Source: a virus. Taken from it: a stretch of 64,000 bases of DNA. Made by a program: the position numbers and the translations under genes. Below are positions 20,157-28,769 of the stretch, one piece after another. The first letter of the stretch is position 1, and each line of letters begins with the position of its first letter. The notes under the pieces were generated by a model. It made no database searches. It was not told the origin of the DNA and was given only the letters and a program-made list of their open reading frames with translations. Location of the stretch: IMG/VR virus record IMGVR_UViG_3300047550_003635. One strand, given 5' to 3'.

Positions 20157-21014
20157 ATGGCTATAAAAATTTTAATTATGGGTTTGCCTGGTTCAGGTAA
20201 AACAATCATGGCACAAGCATTAAAAAAGTATATTGAGAATAATCTATCATTCACAAATATGCCTGCTAATAAGTTACTGTCATTATCAGAATCATTTCCA
20301 TTAGAATATAAACCTAAAGTTAAATGGTTCAACGCAGATGATATTCGTAAAGAATATAATGATTGGGATTTTAGTAAAGAGGGAAGAATCAGACAAAGTT
20401 TAAGAATGGCAAAATTTGCTATAGAAAGTCTAGCAGATTATGCAATATGTGATTTTGTTGCGCCTTTAGGAGAAATGCGTAATAATTTTAAAGCGGACTG
20501 GACTATTTGGATGGATACCATTGATGAAGGACGATTTGAGGATACTAATAAAATGTTTGTTCCACCCACTGTTTATGATTTTCGTATAACCGAAAAAAAT
20601 GCTGATTTTTGGGCAAAATATGTTGGTGATAGAATCATTGCAGAAAAAAGACGACCTATATTTAATTGGCAAAAAGAAACTGTCCAAATGTTAGGTAGAT
20701 GGCAACCATGGCATAAAGGTCATCGTGCATTATTTGAGCGAGCAGTTGCTAAAACAGGTCAAGTTGTGATACAGATTCGTGATTGTCAAGGATGGAATAA
20801 ATCAAATCCATTTTCAATTGAACATGTAAAAAACATTATTAGAAAAGATTTGGACCCATTATATCAAGGACAATATGAAATTCAAATTGTTCCTAACATA
20901 GTCAATATAACTTATGGACGTGATGTTGGATATAAAATTGAGCAAGAAGTTTTTGATGAAGAAATACACAGTATATCAGCAACGCAAATTCGGAAAGAGA
21001 TGGGATTATCGTGA
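20157..21014 (+). CDS. APS kinase (CysC)-like P-loop domain fused to an HxGH nucleotidyltransferase domain
   Basis: GLPGSGKT, NADDIR, FS.EGR.RQ, CDFVAP; C-terminal GRWQPWHKGH and ISATQIR. Confidence 0.75.
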   Translation: MAIKILIMGLPGSGKTIMAQALKKYIENNLSFTNMPANKLLSLSESFPLEYKPKVKWFNADDIRKEYNDWDFSKEGRIRQSLRMAKFAIESLADYAICDFVAPLGEMRNNFKADWTIWMDTIDEGRFEDTNKMFVPPTVYDFRITEKNADFWAKYVGDRIIAEKRRPIFNWQKETVQMLGRWQPWHKGHRALFERAVAKTGQVVIQIRDCQGWNKSNPFSIEHVKNIIRKDLDPLYQGQYEIQIVPNIVNITYGRDVGYKIEQEVFDEEIHSISATQIRKEMGLS

Positions 21015-21024
21015 TTTTTCTTTT

Positions 21025-21034
21025 GACTAAATAG
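21025..21034 (+). promoter_or_regulatory. T4-type late promoter
   Basis: GACTAAATAG upstream of gp13. Confidence 0.65.
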
Positions 21035-21063
21035 TAAGATTACTAATAAGTCAAGAGGTTTTG

Positions 21064-22020
21064 ATGGCTATCCCAACCACAAGAAAAGAATTCAAAGACT
21101 ACTGTTTGCGTCGTTTAGGTCATCCAGTTGTTCAAATCAACGTTGATGATGACCAAGTAGAAGATAGAATTGACGATGCTTTAGCATTTTTTCATGACTA
21201 TCATTTTGATGGTTGCGAAAAAATCTATATGAAGCATAAATTTACGCAAGCGGATATTGATAGACGTTGGATTTATGTGCCAGACCCAGTAATTTTTGTT
21301 ACTGGTGTTTTACCTTTTGACGATTCTAATTCATCAATCAATATGTTTGACTTGCGTTATCAGTTGCGTTTACATGATTTGTATGACTTTACATCAGTTT
21401 CATATGTTTCTTATGAAATCACGATGCAACACATTCGCACATTAAATTTATTATTTTCAGGTACACCACAATTCAGATTTAATCGTCATCAAAATAAACT
21501 ATTTCTTGATATTGATTGGAGTAGAGACCCAGAATCAAATCGTTATGTTATAGTTGAATGTTATCGTAAACTAAATCCTGATGTTATAGATTTAACTGGT
21601 ACCATAACTTCAAACACTTCATCAAATACTGCAACTGGAACTGGAACTAAATTTGACCAAGAATTAGTAGAAAATGATTTTATTACTCTATCCGACGGTC
21701 AAAATGTTCAAGTTAGATACATCAATTCACCTACAGAAATAGTTTTTTCAAATGCTGTTTCGGCAAATGTCTCAAACGTTACTATGCAAAAAGCTGGCGT
21801 TTCTGATGTTTGGAATGATAGATTTTTGAAACAATATGCAACAGCAAAGATTAAAAAACAATGGGGTGAAAATCTTAAAAAGTTTGGTAATATTCAAATG
21901 CCCGGTGGCGTTGTATTGAATGGTAAAGAGATTTGGGACGAAGCTGATGCTGAAATACAAAAAGTTGAAGAAGAAATGCAGAGTATGAACGTTTTACCCG
22001 GTGAATTTTACATGGGTTGA
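21064..22020 (+). CDS. gp13: Neck protein gp13
   Basis: YCLRRLG.PV.QINVDDDQ.EDRID; QWG.NL.KF..I.MPGGV.LNG. Confidence 0.93.
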   Translation: MAIPTTRKEFKDYCLRRLGHPVVQINVDDDQVEDRIDDALAFFHDYHFDGCEKIYMKHKFTQADIDRRWIYVPDPVIFVTGVLPFDDSNSSINMFDLRYQLRLHDLYDFTSVSYVSYEITMQHIRTLNLLFSGTPQFRFNRHQNKLFLDIDWSRDPESNRYVIVECYRKLNPDVIDLTGTITSNTSSNTATGTGTKFDQELVENDFITLSDGQNVQVRYINSPTEIVFSNAVSANVSNVTMQKAGVSDVWNDRFLKQYATAKIKKQWGENLKKFGNIQMPGGVVLNGKEIWDEADAEIQKVEEEMQSMNVLPGEFYMG

Positions 22021-22024
22021 TTAA

Positions 22025-22936
22025 ATGCCAACAAATTTATACATAAACAATTTTCCCGCAAATCAAATAACAAATGAACAACTTTTAGTTGAAGATTTGG
22101 TTATTGAAGCGATGCAATTTTACGGCATGGATGTTTTTTATTTACCAAGGGAAAGTCGTGACCAAATAGATTACATATACGGTGAAGATACTCTAAAAAC
22201 ATATACAAAAGCATACCCAATAGAAATGTATCTTGAAGATGTTACTGGCATGGAAGGTGAGGGAGATTTTGTATCTAAATTTGGTCTAGAAATTCGTGAT
22301 GAAATGACACTTCTAGTATCTCGTCGTAGATTTAAATATGCAACATCTGCTTCAAATCTTTTAAGACCACGTGAGGGTGATTTAATTTATATACCTCTGA
22401 TTCAAAACTTTTTAGAAATAACATTTGTCGAGCATGAAAATAATCAAGCAATGTTTTATACATTAGGTCGAGGCAGAGATGCAAATGTATATGTGTATGC
22501 TTTGAAATTAAAACAATATGTATTTTCGGAAGAAATTATTTCTACTGGTATCTCTGAAATCGATGACCAAATTCGTGACGAATACAAGAGAACACAAATA
22601 ATAATGGATTCTGGAACAGGCAATTATGCTAATGATGAAATAGTATTCCAAAGCGCAGATTTAACTTTAGCAAATGCATCAGCACGAGGTTATGTTTATT
22701 CTTGGACACCATCAACGAAAAATCTTACAATTTATTCGGTGCAAGGAACTTTTGCAAATGCAACTAACATATATGGCAATACAAGTAATGCTGTTTATTC
22801 GGTAGATGGTGGTGGAATAGATGATACTGCAAATGATAATAATGCATTTGAAGATATTGTCGATAATACAAGAATTCAAAGTGAAGCTAATTCTATACTA
22901 GACTTTACAGAAATAAATCCTTTCGGTGAACCTTAA
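22025..22936 (+). CDS. gp14: Neck/head-completion protein gp14
   Basis: EQLLVEDLVIE...YG.D..YLPR; SKFGLEIRD; RPREGDLIY; ends NPFGEP. Confidence 0.93.
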   Translation: MPTNLYINNFPANQITNEQLLVEDLVIEAMQFYGMDVFYLPRESRDQIDYIYGEDTLKTYTKAYPIEMYLEDVTGMEGEGDFVSKFGLEIRDEMTLLVSRRRFKYATSASNLLRPREGDLIYIPLIQNFLEITFVEHENNQAMFYTLGRGRDANVYVYALKLKQYVFSEEIISTGISEIDDQIRDEYKRTQIIMDSGTGNYANDEIVFQSADLTLANASARGYVYSWTPSTKNLTIYSVQGTFANATNIYGNTSNAVYSVDGGGIDDTANDNNAFEDIVDNTRIQSEANSILDFTEINPFGEP

Positions 22937-23931
22937 TGTTAAAAAAAACGCATTTTTATAATAGAACGATTAGAAAAGTTGTTGTTGCATTTGGAACAAT
23001 TTTTAATGATATCTATTTGGTAAGATATACTAATGATGGATTAACTGCTAAAGAAAAATTTAAAGTTCCTTTGGCATATGGTGCAAAAGAAAAATGGTTA
23101 ACAAGAATTACTTCAGACCCAACATTAACTAAATCAGTTGCAACAACAGTTCCCAGAATATCATTTGAATTGACATCGTTGGCATATGACCCAAACAGAA
23201 AACAGCAATCAACGATGCAAAATTTTGCGATTTCATCGAACACTTTTAAAAAACAATACGTTCCAACACCATATAATTTTGATTTTTCGCTTTCGATTTA
23301 TGTTAGAAATACTGAAGATGGCACACAAATTTTAGAACAAATATTACCATTTTTCACACCAGATTTTAATGTGACGGTTGATTTTATACCGACAATGGAC
23401 CAAAAATATGATTTACCCATAATTTTAAATTCAGTAAATAGTCAGATTGAATATGAGGGTGATTTTATGAATACCCGACTGATTATTTGGAATTTAGATT
23501 TTACAGTCAAAGGATATATTTGGCCCGCTGTTGTCGATGCTGATATTATTACTCAAGCAAATACAAATTTATATATTGATACGCAAACAAAAACATTACA
23601 AAAAGTTTTTGTCGATTATGCAAATGGAAATGGAACATTTGCTCAATCAGAAACAATTCGCGTTGATGATAGGAATGTAACCGGGTCATTATATTATTTT
23701 AGTAATAATAATTTGGGTATTTTAATTGCCGAAGATTTGAACAAATTATTAGCTGTAGGTGACATAATTACAGGTGATGCAACAAACTCAAAATATACAG
23801 TTACGTCTTTAGATGTATCACCCGTAAAATCTGTTGCGATTGTTACAACACCAGACCCATCAAATTCATTACCTGACGATGAATATGGTTTTTCAGAAAA
23901 TATAACAGAGTATCCAAATACATTAACATGA
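22936..23931 (+). CDS. gp15: Tail sheath stabiliser/terminator gp15
   Basis: HFYNRTIRK.VVAFGT.FN, KVPLAYG.KEK, QILEQILPFF.P. Confidence 0.93.
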   Translation: MLKKTHFYNRTIRKVVVAFGTIFNDIYLVRYTNDGLTAKEKFKVPLAYGAKEKWLTRITSDPTLTKSVATTVPRISFELTSLAYDPNRKQQSTMQNFAISSNTFKKQYVPTPYNFDFSLSIYVRNTEDGTQILEQILPFFTPDFNVTVDFIPTMDQKYDLPIILNSVNSQIEYEGDFMNTRLIIWNLDFTVKGYIWPAVVDADIITQANTNLYIDTQTKTLQKVFVDYANGNGTFAQSETIRVDDRNVTGSLYYFSNNNLGILIAEDLNKLLAVGDIITGDATNSKYTVTSLDVSPVKSVAIVTTPDPSNSLPDDEYGFSENITEYPNTLT

Positions 23932-24335
23932 GTAAATTAAATGACAATTTATCTGATATATTAGATGTTGAACCTATATCAGAATCAGAAATTATTGATG
24001 ATGAAAAAAATTTGCCAATAGAAGTGTCGTCAAGTGTTATTGAAGATGATACTAATTTTGCCAGAACAAATATTAAAGCAATAATTGAAAAAAGCAATAC
24101 TGCACTTGATGATATTTTAAAAGTTGCTAAAGAGTCTGAACACCCAAGAGCATATGAAGTAGCTGCTAATTTTTTAAAAACTGTTTCAGACATGAATAAA
24201 GATTTGCTTGAATTGCAAAAAACGAAAAAAAGTCTTGAACCAAAAAGTGAATCCACAAAAAATATTAATGTAGATAAAGCAGTTTTTATTGGTTCAACAG
24301 CCGAATTGTTAAAACAAATAAGAGAGAGTAAATAA
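23928..24335 (+). CDS. gp16: Terminase small subunit gp16
   Basis: SEHPRAYEV and FIGSTAELLK motifs. Confidence 0.92.
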   Translation: MSKLNDNLSDILDVEPISESEIIDDEKNLPIEVSSSVIEDDTNFARTNIKAIIEKSNTALDDILKVAKESEHPRAYEVAANFLKTVSDMNKDLLELQKTKKSLEPKSESTKNINVDKAVFIGSTAELLKQIRESK

Positions 24336-24773
24336 ATGGAAACATTAATTCAACAGATGAAAGTTATTTTAGCAACAAATTTTGGTCTATATTTGAAATC
24401 ACACAATTATCATTGGAACATTGAGGGTTCTAATTTTCCACAATTTCATGATTTTTTAAATACATTTTATAGTGCTGTATGGGCACAAACAGATTTAATC
24501 GCTGAACATATTAGAATGTTAGATTCATATGCACCGGGTTCATTTACAAGATTTTCAGAACTTTCAGACGTTCAAGAAGAATTGAATGTTCCAAATGCAT
24601 TGACAATGATGAGAAATTTAAAACAAGATAATGATACATTTATTATTCATCTTCGTGCTGGTATTGTTGCTGCTGAAAATGCTGATGAACCAGCAGTTTC
24701 AAATTTTCTTCAAGACCTTTTAGGTGCTCATCAAAAACAAGCATGGATGCTTCGTAGTATTATAAAAGAGTAA
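24336..24773 (+). CDS. dps: Dps/ferritin-like DNA-protection protein
   Basis: KSHNYHWNIEG..F...H; D.IAEHIR; H.K.AWML. Confidence 0.92.
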   Translation: METLIQQMKVILATNFGLYLKSHNYHWNIEGSNFPQFHDFLNTFYSAVWAQTDLIAEHIRMLDSYAPGSFTRFSELSDVQEELNVPNALTMMRNLKQDNDTFIIHLRAGIVAAENADEPAVSNFLQDLLGAHQKQAWMLRSIIKE

Positions 24774-24775
24774 TA

Positions 24776-26410
24776 ATGGAAATTGATGGTTACATGGGGA
24801 ATGCGCGGTTAAAACGCGCAGGTGTTGAGTTATCATTTACCGAAGAACAGACCAAAGAATTCATCAAATGTTCTTTAGACCCAGTTTATTTTATTAAGAC
24901 ATATGTAAAGATTGTCAATGTTGACTTGGGTCTTGTGCCTTTTGATATGTGGCCATTTCAAGAAAAAATGGTTCAAGATTTCCATGCAAATCGTTTCTGT
25001 ATATCAAAAATGCCACGCCAAGTTGGTAAAACAACTACAACAGTTGGCTATATGTTATGGTGTGCATTATTCATTGAAGAATACTCAATAGCCATTCTTG
25101 CCAATAAAGGTTCACTTGCACGTGAGATATTGAGCAGACTTCAAAAAGCATATGAATATTTACCATTATGGCTGCAACAAGGTATCATAACATGGAACAA
25201 AGGTAATATTGAACTTGAAAATGGTTCAAAAGTATTTGCTTATTCAACATCAGCAGCAGGTGTTCGTGGAGGAACTTATAATCTGATATTTATGGATGAG
25301 TTTGCATTCGTTCCACAAAATATTGCTGCTGACTTTTTTCAATCAACATATCCAGTTATATCATCTGGTAAAACATCAAAGGTTATCATTGTTTCAACAC
25401 CAAATGGATTGAATCAGTTTTATAAAATGTGGACTGACGCTATCGAAAAACGCTCAACATATGTACCTATTGAAGTTCATTGGTCAATGGTTCCTGGTCG
25501 TGATGAGAAATGGAAAGAAGAAACGATTCGTAACACAAGTGAAGAACAGTTCCGTGTCGAGTTTGAAACAGAATTTATTGGTTCATCTGCAACACTTATC
25601 TCGGGTGCAAAACTTCGTGCATTAGCATTCCATAATCCAATATCTTCTGTTGAAGGTTTTGATGTCTATGAAGAACCAATCAAAGGGCATAGTTATGTTG
25701 CATCTGTTGATTGTTCAGAGGGTGTTGGACACGATTATTCAACTGTTAATGTTATTGATGTTACACAATTACCGTATCGACAGGTTGCAAAATATCGCAG
25801 CAATAAAGTCGCATTGATGATTTTTCCAACGATTATTTACTCAATATGCGTAAAATACAATCATGCATTCGCGCTGGTCGAAATCAATAATGTCGGTCAA
25901 CAAGTTGTAGATATTCTCCATTTTGATTTGGAGTATGAAAACGTATTTAAGATTGAGATGAATCGTGTCAAAGGGCAAACAATTTCTGGTGGTTTCAAAA
26001 AAGCAGCAAAATTTGGTGTCAGAACAACTAAGTCAGTTAAAAAAATTGGTTGTGCTAACTTAAAAACATTAGTTGAAAATGATAAATTGATTATTAATGA
26101 TTTTGATACTATTGCTGAAATGAACACTTTTGCAAGGGTTCGTGATTCATATGCAGCCGAAGAAGGTAATAATGATGATTTAGTGATGGGGTTAGTTCTA
26201 TTTTCGTGGTTATCAGCACAGACATATTTCCGTGATTCTACAAATATGGACATACGAAAATTGCTTGTGCAAGAGCAAGAAACATGGAATGAAGAAAATT
26301 TGATGCCCGTGGGTATTGTTGATGATGGTCTTAAAGAAGAAGTAACTGTTGATTCACAGAATAATGATATTTGGACTGAGCGTGGCTATACAAATTCTTC
26401 AACTTTCTAA
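24776..26410 (+). CDS. gp17: Terminase large subunit gp17
   Basis: PRQVGKT, FMDEFAF, STPNG.N.FY, nuclease DDLVM. Confidence 0.97.
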   Translation: MEIDGYMGNARLKRAGVELSFTEEQTKEFIKCSLDPVYFIKTYVKIVNVDLGLVPFDMWPFQEKMVQDFHANRFCISKMPRQVGKTTTTVGYMLWCALFIEEYSIAILANKGSLAREILSRLQKAYEYLPLWLQQGIITWNKGNIELENGSKVFAYSTSAAGVRGGTYNLIFMDEFAFVPQNIAADFFQSTYPVISSGKTSKVIIVSTPNGLNQFYKMWTDAIEKRSTYVPIEVHWSMVPGRDEKWKEETIRNTSEEQFRVEFETEFIGSSATLISGAKLRALAFHNPISSVEGFDVYEEPIKGHSYVASVDCSEGVGHDYSTVNVIDVTQLPYRQVAKYRSNKVALMIFPTIIYSICVKYNHAFALVEINNVGQQVVDILHFDLEYENVFKIEMNRVKGQTISGGFKKAAKFGVRTTKSVKKIGCANLKTLVENDKLIINDFDTIAEMNTFARVRDSYAAEEGNNDDLVMGLVLFSWLSAQTYFRDSTNMDIRKLLVQEQETWNEENLMPVGIVDDGLKEEVTVDSQNNDIWTERGYTNSSTF

Positions 26411-26413
26411 AAA

Positions 26414-26422
26414 ACTAAATAG
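26414..26422 (+). promoter_or_regulatory. T4-type late promoter
   Basis: ACTAAATAG upstream of gp18. Confidence 0.6.
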
Positions 26423-26463
26423 ATAATAATTCAAATGAATCCTATAATAATAAGGAGAAATCC

Positions 26464-28146
26464 ATGGCATTTCAGTTATCACCTGGGGTAAATGTATCAG
26501 AAATTGACCTGACTACAGTAGTCCCTTCAGTTGCCACATCTATTGGCGCATTTGCTGGTCCATTTGTTTGGGGACCAGCGGAACAAATTACTACCATTTC
26601 AGACGAAGTTTTGTTAGCTTCTACGTTTGGAAAACCAGATTCAACAAATTATGAATATTGGTTTTCAGCAGCAAACTTCCTATCATATACAAATAATCTT
26701 AAAGTAGTTCGTTCAGTTAATATAGCTTCAACTTTTACTGCAACAGCAAACGGTGCACCAAATGTCTTAATAAAAAATGATAATGATTGGGCAGAAAATT
26801 TTAGTGGTGGTGCAAATACATATGGAACATTTGCTGCTCGTTATCCTGGTGCTATTGGTAACTCATTAAAAGTTTCAGTAGCAGATGCAAATACTTACGG
26901 TAATTGGTCTTTTTCAACATCTTTCACTTCAGCACCAGGAACATCAACCTATGTATCAAATAAAGGTGGTGCAAATGATGAAATTCACATCGTTGTTATT
27001 GATGAAGATGGTTTATTTACTGGTACCAGAAATACTGTCCTTGAAAAATTTGGGTTTGTTTCAAAAGCATCTGATGCAAAAGATGATTCTGGAAACAGTA
27101 ATTATTACAAAAACGTTATTGCATCTAAATCAAAATACATAAATTGGATGTCACATCCGGAAACAGTTTCAGGAAATATCGCATGGGGTTCAGCAGCTAC
27201 AGCAAATACATTTAAGCTATTGACTGCAAATGTTACTGTATCTTTAAGTGCTGGTGCAGATGGAACAGTATCCACAGCAAACGTAGTAACTTCTTATGAT
27301 TCGTTTGACCCCGCAGAATCAGTTGACATTTCATTAGTTGTTTCTGGACCAGCAAATCAAACAGTTGCAGATAGTTTGATTTCAATGTGTGAAACACGTA
27401 AAGATTGCGTTGTGTTCTTATCTCCAGAAAAAGCTGACGTTGTTGATAATGGTGGCTCAGAAGTTACCGATACAAGAGCATATCGTGATACACTAACAAG
27501 TTCATCATACGCAGTATTGGATAGTAATTGGAAATATCAATATGACAAATATAACGATGTTTATCGTTGGGTTCCACTAAATGGTGATATAGCAGGTCTA
27601 TGTGCAAGAACAGATTTGGAACGTGACCCATGGTATTCACCAGGTGGATTAAATCGCGGTATTATCAAAAATGTAATTAAATTGGCATATAATCCAACAA
27701 AAACAAATCGTGATGATTTGTATGTAAAAGGTATTAATCCTGTTGTTGCTTTCCCAGGCGAAGGAACTATATTGTTCGGTGATAAAACAATGCAATCTAA
27801 ACCTAGTGCATTTGACCGTATCAATGTTCGTCGTTTGTTTATTGTTCTTGAAAAAGCAATTGCACGTGCTGCACGTTACTCATTGTTTGAATTCAATGAC
27901 CAATTTACAAGAGCGCAGTTTGTATCATTAGTTGAACCATTCTTGCGCGATGTTCAAGGTCGTCGTGGAATTACTGATTATCGTGTTGTTTGTGATGAGA
28001 CAAACAATACTGGTGAAGTAATTGACCGCAATGAATTTGTTGGCGATATTTACATTAAACCTGCTCGTTCAATTAACTTTATCCAACTTAACTTCGTTGC
28101 AGTTCGCACAGGTGTAAGTTTCGATGAAGTTGTTGGGAAATTTTAA
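26464..28146 (+). CDS. gp18: Tail sheath protein gp18
   Basis: FQLSPGV..SEIDLT; FDRINVRRLF; IKPARSINFI.LNF. Confidence 0.97.
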   Translation: MAFQLSPGVNVSEIDLTTVVPSVATSIGAFAGPFVWGPAEQITTISDEVLLASTFGKPDSTNYEYWFSAANFLSYTNNLKVVRSVNIASTFTATANGAPNVLIKNDNDWAENFSGGANTYGTFAARYPGAIGNSLKVSVADANTYGNWSFSTSFTSAPGTSTYVSNKGGANDEIHIVVIDEDGLFTGTRNTVLEKFGFVSKASDAKDDSGNSNYYKNVIASKSKYINWMSHPETVSGNIAWGSAATANTFKLLTANVTVSLSAGADGTVSTANVVTSYDSFDPAESVDISLVVSGPANQTVADSLISMCETRKDCVVFLSPEKADVVDNGGSEVTDTRAYRDTLTSSSYAVLDSNWKYQYDKYNDVYRWVPLNGDIAGLCARTDLERDPWYSPGGLNRGIIKNVIKLAYNPTKTNRDDLYVKGINPVVAFPGEGTILFGDKTMQSKPSAFDRINVRRLFIVLEKAIARAARYSLFEFNDQFTRAQFVSLVEPFLRDVQGRRGITDYRVVCDETNNTGEVIDRNEFVGDIYIKPARSINFIQLNFVAVRTGVSFDEVVGKF

Positions 28147-28173
28147 TAAATAGAGAAAACAGGAGAATATTCA

Positions 28174-28719
28174 ATGGCATTTTCAGTAAACGAGTTTAGA
28201 AGTCAATTAACTGGAGACGGTGCACGTCCCAATTTATTTGAAGTTTCTCTGCCTTTCCCTGCGTTCTCAGCACCAGGAAATGCTCAAACTAAATTTACAT
28301 TCATGTGTAAGACAGCACAATTGCCAGGTTCTACTCTTGGAGTAGTTCCTGTGCAGTATTTTGGTCGTGAACTAAAGTTTGTTGGCAATAGAACTTTTGC
28401 CGATTGGACAGTAACAATAATCAACGATGAAGATTTCGTTATCCGCAATGCTTTTGAGCGTTGGATGAACGGTATCAATAGTCATAATCTTAATGTTCGT
28501 AATCCAGCAGCATTAGCACCTTTGGGTTACACAGTTGACGGTGATGTTACTCAATTTGGTAAAAATGGTAACACTTTGAAAAAATATAAATTTGTTGGTT
28601 TATTCCCAACAGACATTACTCCAATTGATGTTGATTGGGGTTCAAATGATACAATTGAAGAATTTTCTGTTAGCCTATCTTACCAATGGTGGGAATCGGT
28701 AGCAGATGGTGTGGTCTAA
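28174..28719 (+). CDS. gp19: Tail tube protein gp19
   Basis: GARPNLFEV; GRELKF.G.RTF.DW; IEEF.V...YQWW. Confidence 0.96.
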   Translation: MAFSVNEFRSQLTGDGARPNLFEVSLPFPAFSAPGNAQTKFTFMCKTAQLPGSTLGVVPVQYFGRELKFVGNRTFADWTVTIINDEDFVIRNAFERWMNGINSHNLNVRNPAALAPLGYTVDGDVTQFGKNGNTLKKYKFVGLFPTDITPIDVDWGSNDTIEEFSVSLSYQWWESVADGVV

Positions 28720-28750
28720 GAAAGGGGACTTCGGTCCTCTTTCAAAATTT
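28720..28750 (+). terminator. Hairpin terminator with UUCG loop
   Basis: GAAAGGGGAC-TTCG-GTCCTCTTTC immediately after gp19. Confidence 0.75.
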
Positions 28751-28769
28751 TTTATAGGATGATTTATTA

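Noticed and set aside
23928-23935. Third copy of the splitter motif at the gp15/gp16 junction
   Set aside because: ATGAGTAA is present but the upstream AGGATTT is not, and these are normally separate genes. It does show that ATGAGTAA alone arises readily.
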